Of a stretch of DNA of 64,000 nt, positions 33,158-42,507 are shown piece by piece. The stretch's first letter is position 1, and every line of letters starts with the position of its first letter. The DNA is from Tepidisphaera sp. (lineage in GTDB: Bacteria; Planctomycetota; Phycisphaerae; Phycisphaerales; UBA1924), in assembly GCA_050916045.1 (NCBI GenBank), contig CP051526.1, positions 704,001-768,000 on the forward strand, in the 5' to 3' direction. The notes below the pieces were generated by a model. That model was not told the origin of the DNA, ran no database searches, and saw nothing but the letters and a program-made list of their open reading frames with translations. The position numbers and the translations under genes were made by a program.

Positions 33158-34180
33158 ATGAAGAACTCGATTCGTTTCTCGAACGTCTTCGTGGGTGCTC
33201 TCACGCTTGCCGCGACCGCCGCCCTGAACGCCGACATCCTCCGTGCTTCCAGCGCGACCGCGACCAGCGAGTTCAGCGGGCTGTACGACATCGGCAACGC
33301 GATCGATGGTTCGGGCTTGTCGGCGGGGTTTAACCCCGCGTCGACCCACGCGACCTACACGGCCAACAACCATTGGACCACCCAGTCCCGCCGCACGATC
33401 GGCGAATCCGCGACGTTCAGCTTCGCGATGCCCGCGCCGGTCGGCGGGTTTTACATGTGGGCCCACCGCTCCGACAACATCGCGAGCAACCCGGACTACG
33501 CGGTGACGCTCTTTGATCTGGTCTTCCGCGACGCGAGCGGCAACATCCTGCAGACCATCCCGAACCTTGTCGGGATTCCGAACGTCCTGACGGCTCAGAC
33601 GTACGCCTTCCCCGTGATCCAGAACGTCAAGACGGTGCAGTTCATCGTGCGTGCGACGACGAACAACAATTCTTCACCGTTCACCGGCCTCGCCGAGGCG
33701 CTTTTCGACACGTGCATCGCCGTGTCGGCGTCGATCCCCGGCGAACAGGTGATCTGCCCCGGCGGCACGGTGACGATCCCCGCGCAGCTCGGCGGCTCCG
33801 GCCCGTTCACGACCTCATGGGAGCTCCTGGACAGCGGTGGCAACGCCGTGACGCTGACCGACGGCGCGTTGCCGGGCTCTTCCGCGGTGATCTCGGGAAG
33901 CTCGGGCGCGACCCTGACGATCTCGGGCGTCGACGAGGCTGCCGCTTCGTACGCGTATCGCATCGTGGCGAGCAACAGCTGCTCGCAGACGAGCGCGGCG
34001 TCCGCCATCGTGTACTGCCCATCTGACGCGAACTGCGACGGCTTCGTCGATTTCTTCGATTACGACGACTTCGTCACCGCATTCGAGGCGGGCACGGCGA
34101 CGGCGGACTTCAACGGTGACGGGTTCATCGATTTCTTCGACTACGACGACTTCGTCGCGGCGTTCGAAGCCGGCTGCTGA
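33158..34180 (+). CDS. Secreted protein: discoidin/galactose-binding-like domain + Ig-like domain + GC-type dockerin
   Basis: Signal peptide; ATATSEF..NAIDGSGL..W..TGLAE; TLTISGV..YRIVASNSC; tail ..DFFDYDDFVAAFEAGC*. Confidence 0.8.
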   Translation: MKNSIRFSNVFVGALTLAATAALNADILRASSATATSEFSGLYDIGNAIDGSGLSAGFNPASTHATYTANNHWTTQSRRTIGESATFSFAMPAPVGGFYMWAHRSDNIASNPDYAVTLFDLVFRDASGNILQTIPNLVGIPNVLTAQTYAFPVIQNVKTVQFIVRATTNNNSSPFTGLAEALFDTCIAVSASIPGEQVICPGGTVTIPAQLGGSGPFTTSWELLDSGGNAVTLTDGALPGSSAVISGSSGATLTISGVDEAAASYAYRIVASNSCSQTSAASAIVYCPSDANCDGFVDFFDYDDFVTAFEAGTATADFNGDGFIDFFDYDDFVAAFEAGC

Positions 34181-34195
34181 TCCACGCGTCTCCGC

Positions 34196-35047
34196 CTATT
34201 CCTTCACCCCGCCCGCCGAGATCCCCGACACGAGCGTCCGCTGCGTCAGCATGAAGAGCAGCAGCACCGGCGCCGTCACCAGCACGCTCGCCGCCATCAG
34301 CAGGTTCCACGGCGTGTTTCCCGCTTTGCTCTGGTAAAGCTGCAAGCCCAGCGCCAGGGTGAACTGGTCGCGGTGCGTCAGGAAGATCAAGGGCGCGAGG
34401 AAGTCGTTCCACACGTACATGAAGTGGAAGAGCGCGACCACCGCGAGGGCGGGCGTTGAAAGCGGCAGGATCACCCGCCAGAAGATGCCCCAGTGCCCGC
34501 AGCCGTCGATCGTCGCCGCTTCGTCAAGCTCGCGCGGGATCTGCATGTAGAACTGCCGCAGCAGGAAGATATTGAACGCCCCGCCGAACCACGCCGGAAC
34601 CCAAAGGGGCTTGAGCGTGCCGATCCAGCCCAGGTTCGAGAAGATGATGTAAAGCGGGCCCATGATCACCGGGAACGGGATCATCATCGTCGCCAGCATC
34701 AACGCGAACATCCACGTCCGCCCGCGCCACTGGATCCGCGAGAACCCGTACGCCACGATCGCGCTCGAAAGGCACATCCCCACCACGCTCAGCGATGCCA
34801 CGATCAGCGTGTTCCGCAGGTAGATCGGGAACGTCACCGAAGGGTCGTTCCACACCGCCGCGTAGTTGCCCACGCCGGAGGTTTCGCCCGGGGCCGCCTG
34901 AGGAAAGATCGAAAGCGTGCCGTCCGTCGCTTGCGATTCGGGCTTGAAGCTCGTGATCAGCATCCACACCAGCGGCAGCAGAAAGAGAAGCGACGCCAGC
35001 GACACCGCGGCGTACGAGAGGAGCGAGGATGACCGAACACGAGCCAT
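34196..35047 (-). CDS. Carbohydrate ABC transporter permease
   Basis: EAA loop ELDEAATIDG, FLLRQF, WNDFL. Confidence 0.93.
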   Translation of the reverse strand: MARVRSSSLLSYAAVSLASLLFLLPLVWMLITSFKPESQATDGTLSIFPQAAPGETSGVGNYAAVWNDPSVTFPIYLRNTLIVASLSVVGMCLSSAIVAYGFSRIQWRGRTWMFALMLATMMIPFPVIMGPLYIIFSNLGWIGTLKPLWVPAWFGGAFNIFLLRQFYMQIPRELDEAATIDGCGHWGIFWRVILPLSTPALAVVALFHFMYVWNDFLAPLIFLTHRDQFTLALGLQLYQSKAGNTPWNLLMAASVLVTAPVLLLFMLTQRTLVSGISAGGVKE

Positions 35048-35065
35048 GCGACCGAACCTTCTCCA

Positions 35066-35950
35066 TCACGCGCCGCGGTAGTGCACCGTGCGCCTGCTGA
35101 CCATGAACATCAGACCCGTCAATGCCAGGACCACCAGAAGCTGGACCCAAGCGAGCGCCGAAGCGAAACCCATCTCCCCGTCGACGAACGCTTTGTTGTA
35201 CAGATACCCCGTGTAGAAATTCGCGACTCCGTTCGGCCCGCCCGCGTTCTTCTGGAAGAGCGCGAGCGGGATCACGAAGACCTGAAGCGTGCCGATCGCG
35301 AGCGTGATCACGTTGAAGAGGATCACCGGCGAGATCATCGGAAGCGTGACGTGCCAGAACTTGCGGAGCGGCCCCATCCCGTCGATGTCCGCCGCTTCGT
35401 AGTACTGCTCGGGCACGTCCTTGAGGGCGGCGACGTAGATCAGGACTTGCTGCCCCACGCCCCAGAGGGCGATGAGGACCAGCGCCGCCGCCGCTGGCAC
35501 CGTCTCGTTCAGCCACGAGGGCTTGGGCAGATGAACCAGCCCGAGGACCCTGTTGATCAGGCCGTACTCGGCGTTGAAGAGCCACATCCACACCATCGCC
35601 GTCGCGATCATCGGGACCAGCGTCGGCAGGAAGATCGCCGCTTGAAAGAACCCGACCGCTTTCGTCCGCTTGGCGAGCATCGCGGCGAGCACGAGAGCGA
35701 GGACGGTCGCCAGCGGGATCGTGACCACCGCGTACCACGCCGTGTTCCACACCGCTTGCCAGAACCGCGAATCCGTCAGCATCCGCGTGTAGTTCTCAAG
35801 CCCGACCCACACGGGGGCTTCGAGCATCGGGTACTCGGTGAACGAGTGGTACAAGCTCATCGCCGCCGGGAGCAGCATGAACGCCGCGAACCCGATCACC
35901 CACGGGGAGACCCAAAGCCAGCCCGCCGCGTTCTCCTTGCGGTCACGCAT
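35066..35950 (-). CDS. Carbohydrate ABC transporter permease
   Basis: VGLENY, YEAADIDG, HVTLPMISP. Confidence 0.93.
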   Translation of the reverse strand: MRDRKENAAGWLWVSPWVIGFAAFMLLPAAMSLYHSFTEYPMLEAPVWVGLENYTRMLTDSRFWQAVWNTAWYAVVTIPLATVLALVLAAMLAKRTKAVGFFQAAIFLPTLVPMIATAMVWMWLFNAEYGLINRVLGLVHLPKPSWLNETVPAAAALVLIALWGVGQQVLIYVAALKDVPEQYYEAADIDGMGPLRKFWHVTLPMISPVILFNVITLAIGTLQVFVIPLALFQKNAGGPNGVANFYTGYLYNKAFVDGEMGFASALAWVQLLVVLALTGLMFMVSRRTVHYRGA

Positions 35951-37424
35951 GACCACCGCCAGTCCGCCAGCCGGTTGGGGAGTTGGGGAGGGTGGGGGGG
36001 GTGTGGGGGCCGGCCGCGATCCCGCGCCGCGCCCGCTGGGCTTTGTGGCGGTCGAGAATGCCCTGCACGCGTGCGTCGACCTTGCCGAGGACCGCCGCGG
36101 TCGTCTCGCCGCGGTAGAGGTCGTCCATCGCCGCGTCCATCTCGCGTTTGATCTCCGGCCAGACGCGCGTCCGCGGCGTGACGAACGCTCGCGGGCTCTT
36201 CGCGATCGTGTCAAATGTCGCGATGCCCTTGTTGGGATGCGTCGCGAGAAACGACTCGCTCGAGGTGGCGAGGGGAGAGCCTTTGAAGTGCTGCCGGGCG
36301 AGTTCTTCGAGGTTTTCCTGCTTCTGGCAGAACCGGAGGAACTCCACGCACGCTTCGGGATGTTTGACGCCGCGCGGGATGACCACGACGTCGGCTTCGG
36401 CGGCGCCGATCGGGTTCGCGTCATCGCGGAGGCTCGCGATCGCGGGCAGCGGCACGACGCCGTAGTCAAGCTCGGGCTTGCCGGCGGAGCGGGCCGCCCG
36501 GTCATGGTGGGCTTCGATCACGTTGGCAAGCCACGGCCCCTGGACGATCATCGCGAGCTGGCCGGTGAGAAAGGCGTTCGTCGGCGCGTCGTAGTTGCCA
36601 AACCGCGCCCGGAACCGCGAGAACGCACCATTCTTCGCCGGGTCGTACATCGCCGCTGTCGAACGCACCCAGTCATACCCGCGGATCGTGGCGTCCTCCG
36701 TCAGCGAGCTCTTGCCCGTGGACGGATCCCAAAGCCTCCCGCCAAAGGGCTGCGACCAGATCCAACTCCACCACCCCGGCTCCGAGTGGATGAAGCCGCC
36801 GCGCACCACATCGCCCGAACCGTCAAACTCCGTGAGCTTGCGGTTGAAGTCGTCGAACTCCTCCATCACCATCGGCGGCCCGGACAGCCCCGCTTCTGCA
36901 AGCCGCCGCTTGTTGTAGTACATCGCGAGCGTGCCCGCCGCCGAAATCACGCCCCACGTCCGCGGCGAGCCGTCTTTTCCCGGATGCTTAACGAACGTCC
37001 GAAGCCCCGCCGCGTACCGCGACGCCGAGAGGCTCTCGCCAAACTCCTCGAGCGGCAGAATCGCCCCGCGTTCCGCGAAAAGCGGGATGTTGTACGCGTA
37101 AAGCCCCAGAAGGTCCGGCGGCGAACCGCCCGCGATCGCCACCATCCCCTTCTCATCCACCCCCGCCGTCACCAGATACCGCACGAAGATCCGCGACTGG
37201 CTCTCGTTGAACCGGTCCACGATCGTTTGCATCGTCTTGCCTTCGTGCCCGGCCCACTTCTCCCAGTAATCAAGCACGATCCGGCCCGTGGTCTTCTCGC
37301 CCACGCCGCGCGGCCCGAACACCGCGAAAGCCGCCGCGCCCGCCGCGAGCGAGCCCAGGAACGCGCGCCTCGCGAGCGTTCCCGCCGATGCCGCGCCGCT
37401 GGTTGTTGCCGGGGAGGTCGTCAC
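35943..37424 (-). CDS. Extracellular solute-binding protein (sugar ABC), Tat-type signal
   Basis: RRAFLG twin-arginine motif; PPDL, MYYNK, F.TGQLAM..QGPW. Confidence 0.88.
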   Translation of the reverse strand: MTTSPATTSGAASAGTLARRAFLGSLAAGAAAFAVFGPRGVGEKTTGRIVLDYWEKWAGHEGKTMQTIVDRFNESQSRIFVRYLVTAGVDEKGMVAIAGGSPPDLLGLYAYNIPLFAERGAILPLEEFGESLSASRYAAGLRTFVKHPGKDGSPRTWGVISAAGTLAMYYNKRRLAEAGLSGPPMVMEEFDDFNRKLTEFDGSGDVVRGGFIHSEPGWWSWIWSQPFGGRLWDPSTGKSSLTEDATIRGYDWVRSTAAMYDPAKNGAFSRFRARFGNYDAPTNAFLTGQLAMIVQGPWLANVIEAHHDRAARSAGKPELDYGVVPLPAIASLRDDANPIGAAEADVVVIPRGVKHPEACVEFLRFCQKQENLEELARQHFKGSPLATSSESFLATHPNKGIATFDTIAKSPRAFVTPRTRVWPEIKREMDAAMDDLYRGETTAAVLGKVDARVQGILDRHKAQRARRGIAAGPHTPPTLPNSPTGWRTGGGHA

Positions 37425-37565
37425 CGCTCCATTCTAACGGAATCTCCGTGCTCCCGACCGAATCTCGGACCGTCCGCACGCGAATCCCGCTCGCCGTCGG
37501 TGAAACACCGTTTCGGCGGGCAATGGATCTGGCGAACCCCGCTCCCTCAGTCGCGTACGCGAGGG

Positions 37566-38642
37566 GTGAACCAACCGCAAAGCCGCTCGCTCACCATCAT
37601 GCTCTGGCTCGCTTTGCTCGCGTCCGCCGCCTTCGCGGCTTTCATGTGGCTGATGCCCGGGGATCTCGAGGACGCCGGGCGGCTCCGTCGCGGGTTGTTC
37701 TGGGTGGCGTTCATGGGCCGGACCTACACCGTCCTCCTTGGTGCGATGGTGCTCGCCCTTGCCGCGGTCGCTCTGCTCCTCAGGCGTCGGGCGGTCGCGG
37801 CGGGCTCGATGCTCCTGGGGTGCGTGCTTCTGGGCCCCTGGGCGGCTTCGCTCGTGCGCCCGCTTCCCAATCGGCCCGACAAGCCGTCCTTCACCGTCAT
37901 GTCCGCCAATCTGCTAGTGCACGTCTCGGCCGAAGCCGAGCTTCTCGCCGAGATCCGCCGGACCGATCCGGACATCATCTGCTTCCAGGAGTACACCCCC
38001 GCGAAAGCCGCCGTGCTCGTCCCCGCGCTGTCAGCTCTGTACCCGCACCAGGACCAGGCCATGCGGGACCACGCTTTCGGTCAAGCCATCTTCTCCAAGT
38101 TCCCCTTCATCGCCCCGCCCGACCACGCTCCGCACCGGGCTCTTCGCGACCAGTTGCGGAACTCCCTCCGCGTCGGCGGCGTCGTCGGCATCCAGGACCC
38201 CCAGATCCGCGCGGTCGTCGACATCCGCGGCACGCCCGTCGTCATCCACAACATCCACTACCCGCCGCCGATGTCCGGGTCCTACCTCGCCGAGCAAAGG
38301 CGCATGACCGAGTGGCTCTGCGCATCCGCCCGCGAAGAAACCCGCCCGCTCATCCTCGCCGGGGACTTCAACTGCACGCCCGAAAGCCTCAACGCTTCGG
38401 ATCTCCGCGCCGCCGGCTTCGCCGAGGTCGGGTCCGTCGCTCGCGGCCGAAGCACCACCTGGCCCACCGAGGGACCCCTCGCGTGGATCCCGGTCCGCAT
38501 CGACCACCAGTGGCACAGCGAGCACCTCGCGTGCGTCCACAGCGAGGTCTGCAAGCCAAACGGCTCGGACCATCGCCCGATCATCGCGATCTACGCTTTG
38601 AAGCAAACCGCGAGCGTCAGCACCCCGTCTCAAACGCCGTGA
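37566..38642 (+). CDS. Membrane-anchored endonuclease/exonuclease/phosphatase family protein
   Basis: Three N-terminal TM segments; VMSAN, DIICFQE, LAGDFN, RIDH, GSDHRPI. Confidence 0.85.
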   Translation: MNQPQSRSLTIMLWLALLASAAFAAFMWLMPGDLEDAGRLRRGLFWVAFMGRTYTVLLGAMVLALAAVALLLRRRAVAAGSMLLGCVLLGPWAASLVRPLPNRPDKPSFTVMSANLLVHVSAEAELLAEIRRTDPDIICFQEYTPAKAAVLVPALSALYPHQDQAMRDHAFGQAIFSKFPFIAPPDHAPHRALRDQLRNSLRVGGVVGIQDPQIRAVVDIRGTPVVIHNIHYPPPMSGSYLAEQRRMTEWLCASAREETRPLILAGDFNCTPESLNASDLRAAGFAEVGSVARGRSTTWPTEGPLAWIPVRIDHQWHSEHLACVHSEVCKPNGSDHRPIIAIYALKQTASVSTPSQTP

Positions 38643-39981
38643 CGAACTCGGTGTAGTCAAAGAAATCCGCGAACCCGTCGAGGTTGTAGTCCGCGCGGAG
38701 GGTGCCGCTCTCGAACGCGCCGAGGAACGCGTCGTAGTCGAAGAAATCGATGAAGCCGTCGCGGTTGAAGTCCGCCCGGCACAGGTTCCGCGCCATCCAC
38801 GCCACGCCCCGGTATACCTCTTCGCCGCTGATGCGGATCTCGCCCGGCGGCGCGGTGAACCCGGTGTTGGTCAGTTCGATCGTCCAGGAAAGCGCGTCCC
38901 GCGATCCATACATGGAGTCCTTGGCCGCCCCGCTCGTCGCGTAGAGGGTCTGGTTCCCCTGCCCCGCCCGGTACGTCTGCCCGCCGGTCTGCATGACCTG
39001 CGACAAGCCGGGATCCCAGCGCTGATAAAGCCCGACCGCTTCCGGCCGCGCGGATGTGTACCCCCACGGCCACAAAATCAGCCGCCCGTACGTGTGCACA
39101 TCCCAATAAAGCACCGCTCGCGCCCCAAGCCGCGCCGCGAGGTCCCGCATCGCCTGCGTCTCCGGCTCGGAGAACGGAGCCGTCCCGCGATAGATGTCGC
39201 TCCTGGGATCGGGGCTCGACCCGTTGTTTCGGCCCCATTCGTACCCCCAGTTGCGATTGGGGTCGATCCCGAACGCGCCGTTGCCGTTGGGCCGACGCGT
39301 CTTCCGCCAGAAGCGATCGGTCGTCCAGGTGTACACGTACCCGTCCGGATTGACCATCGGCACGAGCACCACCTCGTAGCGATTCAGAATGTCCGCATCA
39401 GCCGAGCCCGGAGCCCACTCCGTCGCAAGCCGGTTCACGAGGTACATCGTCGCCATCACCGAGACCCACTCGCGGGCGTGCTGCAAGCTGTTGAGCAGAA
39501 TCACAGGCTTGCCGCCCTCAAACCCGCCCCCTTCCGGCGACGTGAGCCGGAGCGCGAAGATCTCCCGGCCCTCAAAGCTCTGTCCGATCGCTTCCCGCCG
39601 CACGATGTCCGGTCTCGCCTGCACGAGCGAATCCGCGAACGCCGACACCTCGGCGAACGGCTTGAAGTCATCAAACCAGTCCCGCTCGCCGAACGGCGCC
39701 TCAAGCCGGGCCCGTTCCTCCGTGGCGATGGCTTCCACGTCCGGGATGAACATCTCGTACGCAAGCCCCAGCGCGTCAAGCTCGCGGAGATCCTCGCGGC
39801 GGACACGCCAGTCCATCCGCCCCGCTTCGTCCGCCTGATGCGACCAGCAGTCGCCCGAAAGCTGCGACATCAGCATCACGTCCCGCGCATCACGCATCGT
39901 CACGCGCACGACGCACGTGCCGTCCGCAAACGCCGATCCCGCGAGCGCCCAAGCCGCCATCCATGCCGAAAGACGATGCAT
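38617..39981 (-). CDS. M14 zinc carboxypeptidase with GC-type dockerin tail
   Basis: HAREW, NPDGY, WRKTR, DPNRNW, FSEPET, DVHTYG, IEL; tail ends FETGC*. Confidence 0.92.
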   Translation of the reverse strand: MHRLSAWMAAWALAGSAFADGTCVVRVTMRDARDVMLMSQLSGDCWSHQADEAGRMDWRVRREDLRELDALGLAYEMFIPDVEAIATEERARLEAPFGERDWFDDFKPFAEVSAFADSLVQARPDIVRREAIGQSFEGREIFALRLTSPEGGGFEGGKPVILLNSLQHAREWVSVMATMYLVNRLATEWAPGSADADILNRYEVVLVPMVNPDGYVYTWTTDRFWRKTRRPNGNGAFGIDPNRNWGYEWGRNNGSSPDPRSDIYRGTAPFSEPETQAMRDLAARLGARAVLYWDVHTYGRLILWPWGYTSARPEAVGLYQRWDPGLSQVMQTGGQTYRAGQGNQTLYATSGAAKDSMYGSRDALSWTIELTNTGFTAPPGEIRISGEEVYRGVAWMARNLCRADFNRDGFIDFFDYDAFLGAFESGTLRADYNLDGFADFFDYTEFVTAFETGC

Positions 39982-40024
39982 CACGCCCTCCCGCGGCTCG
40001 CCGCCGCCTCCGTCGCTCTTGGTC

Positions 40025-40738
40025 TCAGCAGCCTCGTTCAAAGGCCGACACGAACGCGTCGTAGTCGAAGAAATCAACGAAATCATCGCCGTTGAAATCC
40101 GCGTCGCGACCCGCGGGGCAGCCCGCGCCCTCGAAGCACTGCACGAAATCGTCGTAGTCAAAGAAGTCGACAAAGCAGTCGCGGTTGAAGTCCGACCCGC
40201 ACGCCGGCGTGCTCGTGATCACCGCCGTCCCGCTCGTGAACTCCAGATATCCGACCGTCGACGCCGGCGAGATCGTGACGTTCGTGATCGTAAACGATGC
40301 GATGTTCGAAGCGTTGATCCCCACGCCGATCGTCGCGCCAAAGCGGACCGTCACGCCCGCGATCACCTGCTCGCTGTCAAAGACCGTCTCGCTCAACTGG
40401 ATCGGGTGCACCCCGCCGTTGGAACTCGACACCGCTCCATTCAGGAACGCCGACGACCCCGGCGCAAGGTCCTCAAGCACCTGGGCCAGCGGCGTCGGCG
40501 TCGGATACCGGATCGCAAGAAGCGTGAACCCGCCCGCGCCCCGCACCATCCCGTTGATCGAGTACGTGTACGTGCAGCCCGGATCGATCGTGTCCGGCGC
40601 GCTCGACCGGCTCTGGTTCGTCGCGTTGCGAAGCTGCACCCCCGCCAGCGAGATCGTCGCCGTGTTGTCCGCCAACGCACCCGACGCCAGACCGGACACT
40701 CCCGCAAGCAACAACGCCGCAACCGTCGAACGAACCAT
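40025..40738 (-). CDS. Secreted hypothetical protein with GC-type dockerin tail
   Basis: Signal peptide ending ALA; beta-rich body; tail ends FERGC*. Confidence 0.82.
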   Translation of the reverse strand: MVRSTVAALLLAGVSGLASGALADNTATISLAGVQLRNATNQSRSSAPDTIDPGCTYTYSINGMVRGAGGFTLLAIRYPTPTPLAQVLEDLAPGSSAFLNGAVSSSNGGVHPIQLSETVFDSEQVIAGVTVRFGATIGVGINASNIASFTITNVTISPASTVGYLEFTSGTAVITSTPACGSDFNRDCFVDFFDYDDFVQCFEGAGCPAGRDADFNGDDFVDFFDYDAFVSAFERGC

Positions 40739-40828
40739 GGGCAAGCTCCTCAATGTGCGGCGACGCCGCCGGAATCCCATGATATCGCACGCACCCCGCC
40801 GCGCCTACCCCATTTTCGGACCTGCCCC

Positions 40829-42487
40829 TCAGCACCCCGCTTCGTACGCCGCCACGAACGCGTCATAGTCGAAGAAATCGACGAATCCGTCCCCGTTCGC
40901 GTCCGCGGTCGAACCCGCCGGGCAGCCCTCTCCCTCAAAGCACGCCACAAACGCGTCGTAGTCGAAGAAGTCCAGGACCCCGTCCCCGTTGAAGTCCGCT
41001 CCGCACTCGCCCACGACGATGTCGGTGTCCGAAGCGTCCTCGCCGGTCCGCCCGTCCGCGTCCCGCACCACGACCTTGATCCGCGTCCGCGGCTCGTACC
41101 CCGCGGGCGTCGTCCACGCGTAGCTTCCGGAATCCGCGACGCCCGTCGCCAGCGCCGCGTATGTCGCGCCCCCGTCCGTCGACATCAGCACGTCCGCCGT
41201 GGTCGTCGCCACATCGTCATCCGAGATCCACCGCACCGTCACGGTCTCCCCCGACGCGATCCGCTCGCCGCCATCGGGCGAAACGACGTACGCCGTCGGG
41301 TTCTGCCCGCCGCGCGGCGCCGGAACATGCATCGCGATGCAGTGCATCACGCCCGCCGCCGTCACGATCGCCTGACAGTTGATCTGAAGCACCGTCTTCC
41401 CCGGCATCGCCGCCTGCCACGTCGAAAGCGCGACCGAGTTGCTCGGCGAAACCGTCGCGTTCGTGTACGACGGAACCAGCACAAGGTCGTTGCACATCAC
41501 GACGTTCGTGTACGTGTAGTGCGTGTTGCTCACGCGGAACGCCGGAAGGCGGTACACCTGGTACCCGCGCTGCGCCATGAACACCGCCGCGTTCTCACAG
41601 ATCACATCCTGCGTCGACCCCGGGTTCTGCGGCCAGTCCGAGATCATCACCTTGTTGTCCCCGATCACCTGCATCCACATGTCCAGGTGCTGCGTCGAAT
41701 CCACCGACACCGGGTACGGATCAAACAGGTGCATGTTCAGATTCTGATACGCGAGCCACCGGGCGCTCACCTCCGCTTCGCCCAACCCAGGGTTCTCGTT
41801 CACAATCAGCCGCGTCGCGTATCCGCGGTTCACCGCGTCAAGGTGGAAGTTCCCCCCGCCGTGAATCAGCGGGATCTCGTACACCGGCTGCCTCAGCTGC
41901 GTGCCAAGCCAGCCCGGCAGCGCATCGTCGTTCGGCCGCGGACGGTTGTACACGTGATCCACGATCGCGCGGCAGTCGCCCTGGAAAATGTACCTCGGGC
42001 CATAATCGCGGATCCAGATCGAATCGAGCGTCCGCCGGAAGAACCGCACTTTGGTCATGTCGGCGCCCGCCGCCGTGATCTGCGTCCGCGCCGCGTTCTC
42101 CGCCGCCAGGTCCCGCACCACAACCCACGCTTGGGCGCTGCCCACCGTCGTGATCCGCCCGGCCATCTGCGAGACGATCGTCAGCCACGCCGAGGTCCCG
42201 TTCCACGAAAGCATGATCGCCTGCATCGGCTCATACTCCGCCGCGCAGTGCACCGGCCCCGTCGGTGCCCCCGTCCCACGCGGGACAAACGGCGGGTTGA
42301 GGTCCCAGAACCGACGCTCCGCCGGCGTCATGTTCCGCGGGATCGCCGCTCCCTCGGGGTACACCAGCCGCCCGTCCACCACAAGCGGCTCGCTCGCCGG
42401 CTCCCCGGTCACCGCGCCCTGCCCCATGCTCGTCCCGGCAAGCCCGGAGATGCCCATCAGACCCGCAACAAGCGTCTTCGCTCTCAT
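40829..42487 (-). CDS. Agmatine/peptidyl-arginine deiminase family protein + Ig-like domain + GC-type dockerin
   Basis: AEYEP, WIRDYGP, GGNF, HLD, YTN, GVMHC; PDGGE..W Ig-like segment; tail ends YEAGC*. Confidence 0.9.
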   Translation of the reverse strand: MRAKTLVAGLMGISGLAGTSMGQGAVTGEPASEPLVVDGRLVYPEGAAIPRNMTPAERRFWDLNPPFVPRGTGAPTGPVHCAAEYEPMQAIMLSWNGTSAWLTIVSQMAGRITTVGSAQAWVVVRDLAAENAARTQITAAGADMTKVRFFRRTLDSIWIRDYGPRYIFQGDCRAIVDHVYNRPRPNDDALPGWLGTQLRQPVYEIPLIHGGGNFHLDAVNRGYATRLIVNENPGLGEAEVSARWLAYQNLNMHLFDPYPVSVDSTQHLDMWMQVIGDNKVMISDWPQNPGSTQDVICENAAVFMAQRGYQVYRLPAFRVSNTHYTYTNVVMCNDLVLVPSYTNATVSPSNSVALSTWQAAMPGKTVLQINCQAIVTAAGVMHCIAMHVPAPRGGQNPTAYVVSPDGGERIASGETVTVRWISDDDVATTTADVLMSTDGGATYAALATGVADSGSYAWTTPAGYEPRTRIKVVVRDADGRTGEDASDTDIVVGECGADFNGDGVLDFFDYDAFVACFEGEGCPAGSTADANGDGFVDFFDYDAFVAAYEAGC

Positions 42488-42507
42488 ACAACACCCTTCG
42501 GCTTGCT

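Noticed and set aside
35838..37565. Apparent 934-aa fusion ORF 35838-38642
   Set aside because: The N-terminal part is antisense to the solute-binding protein gene; the real gene starts near 37566.
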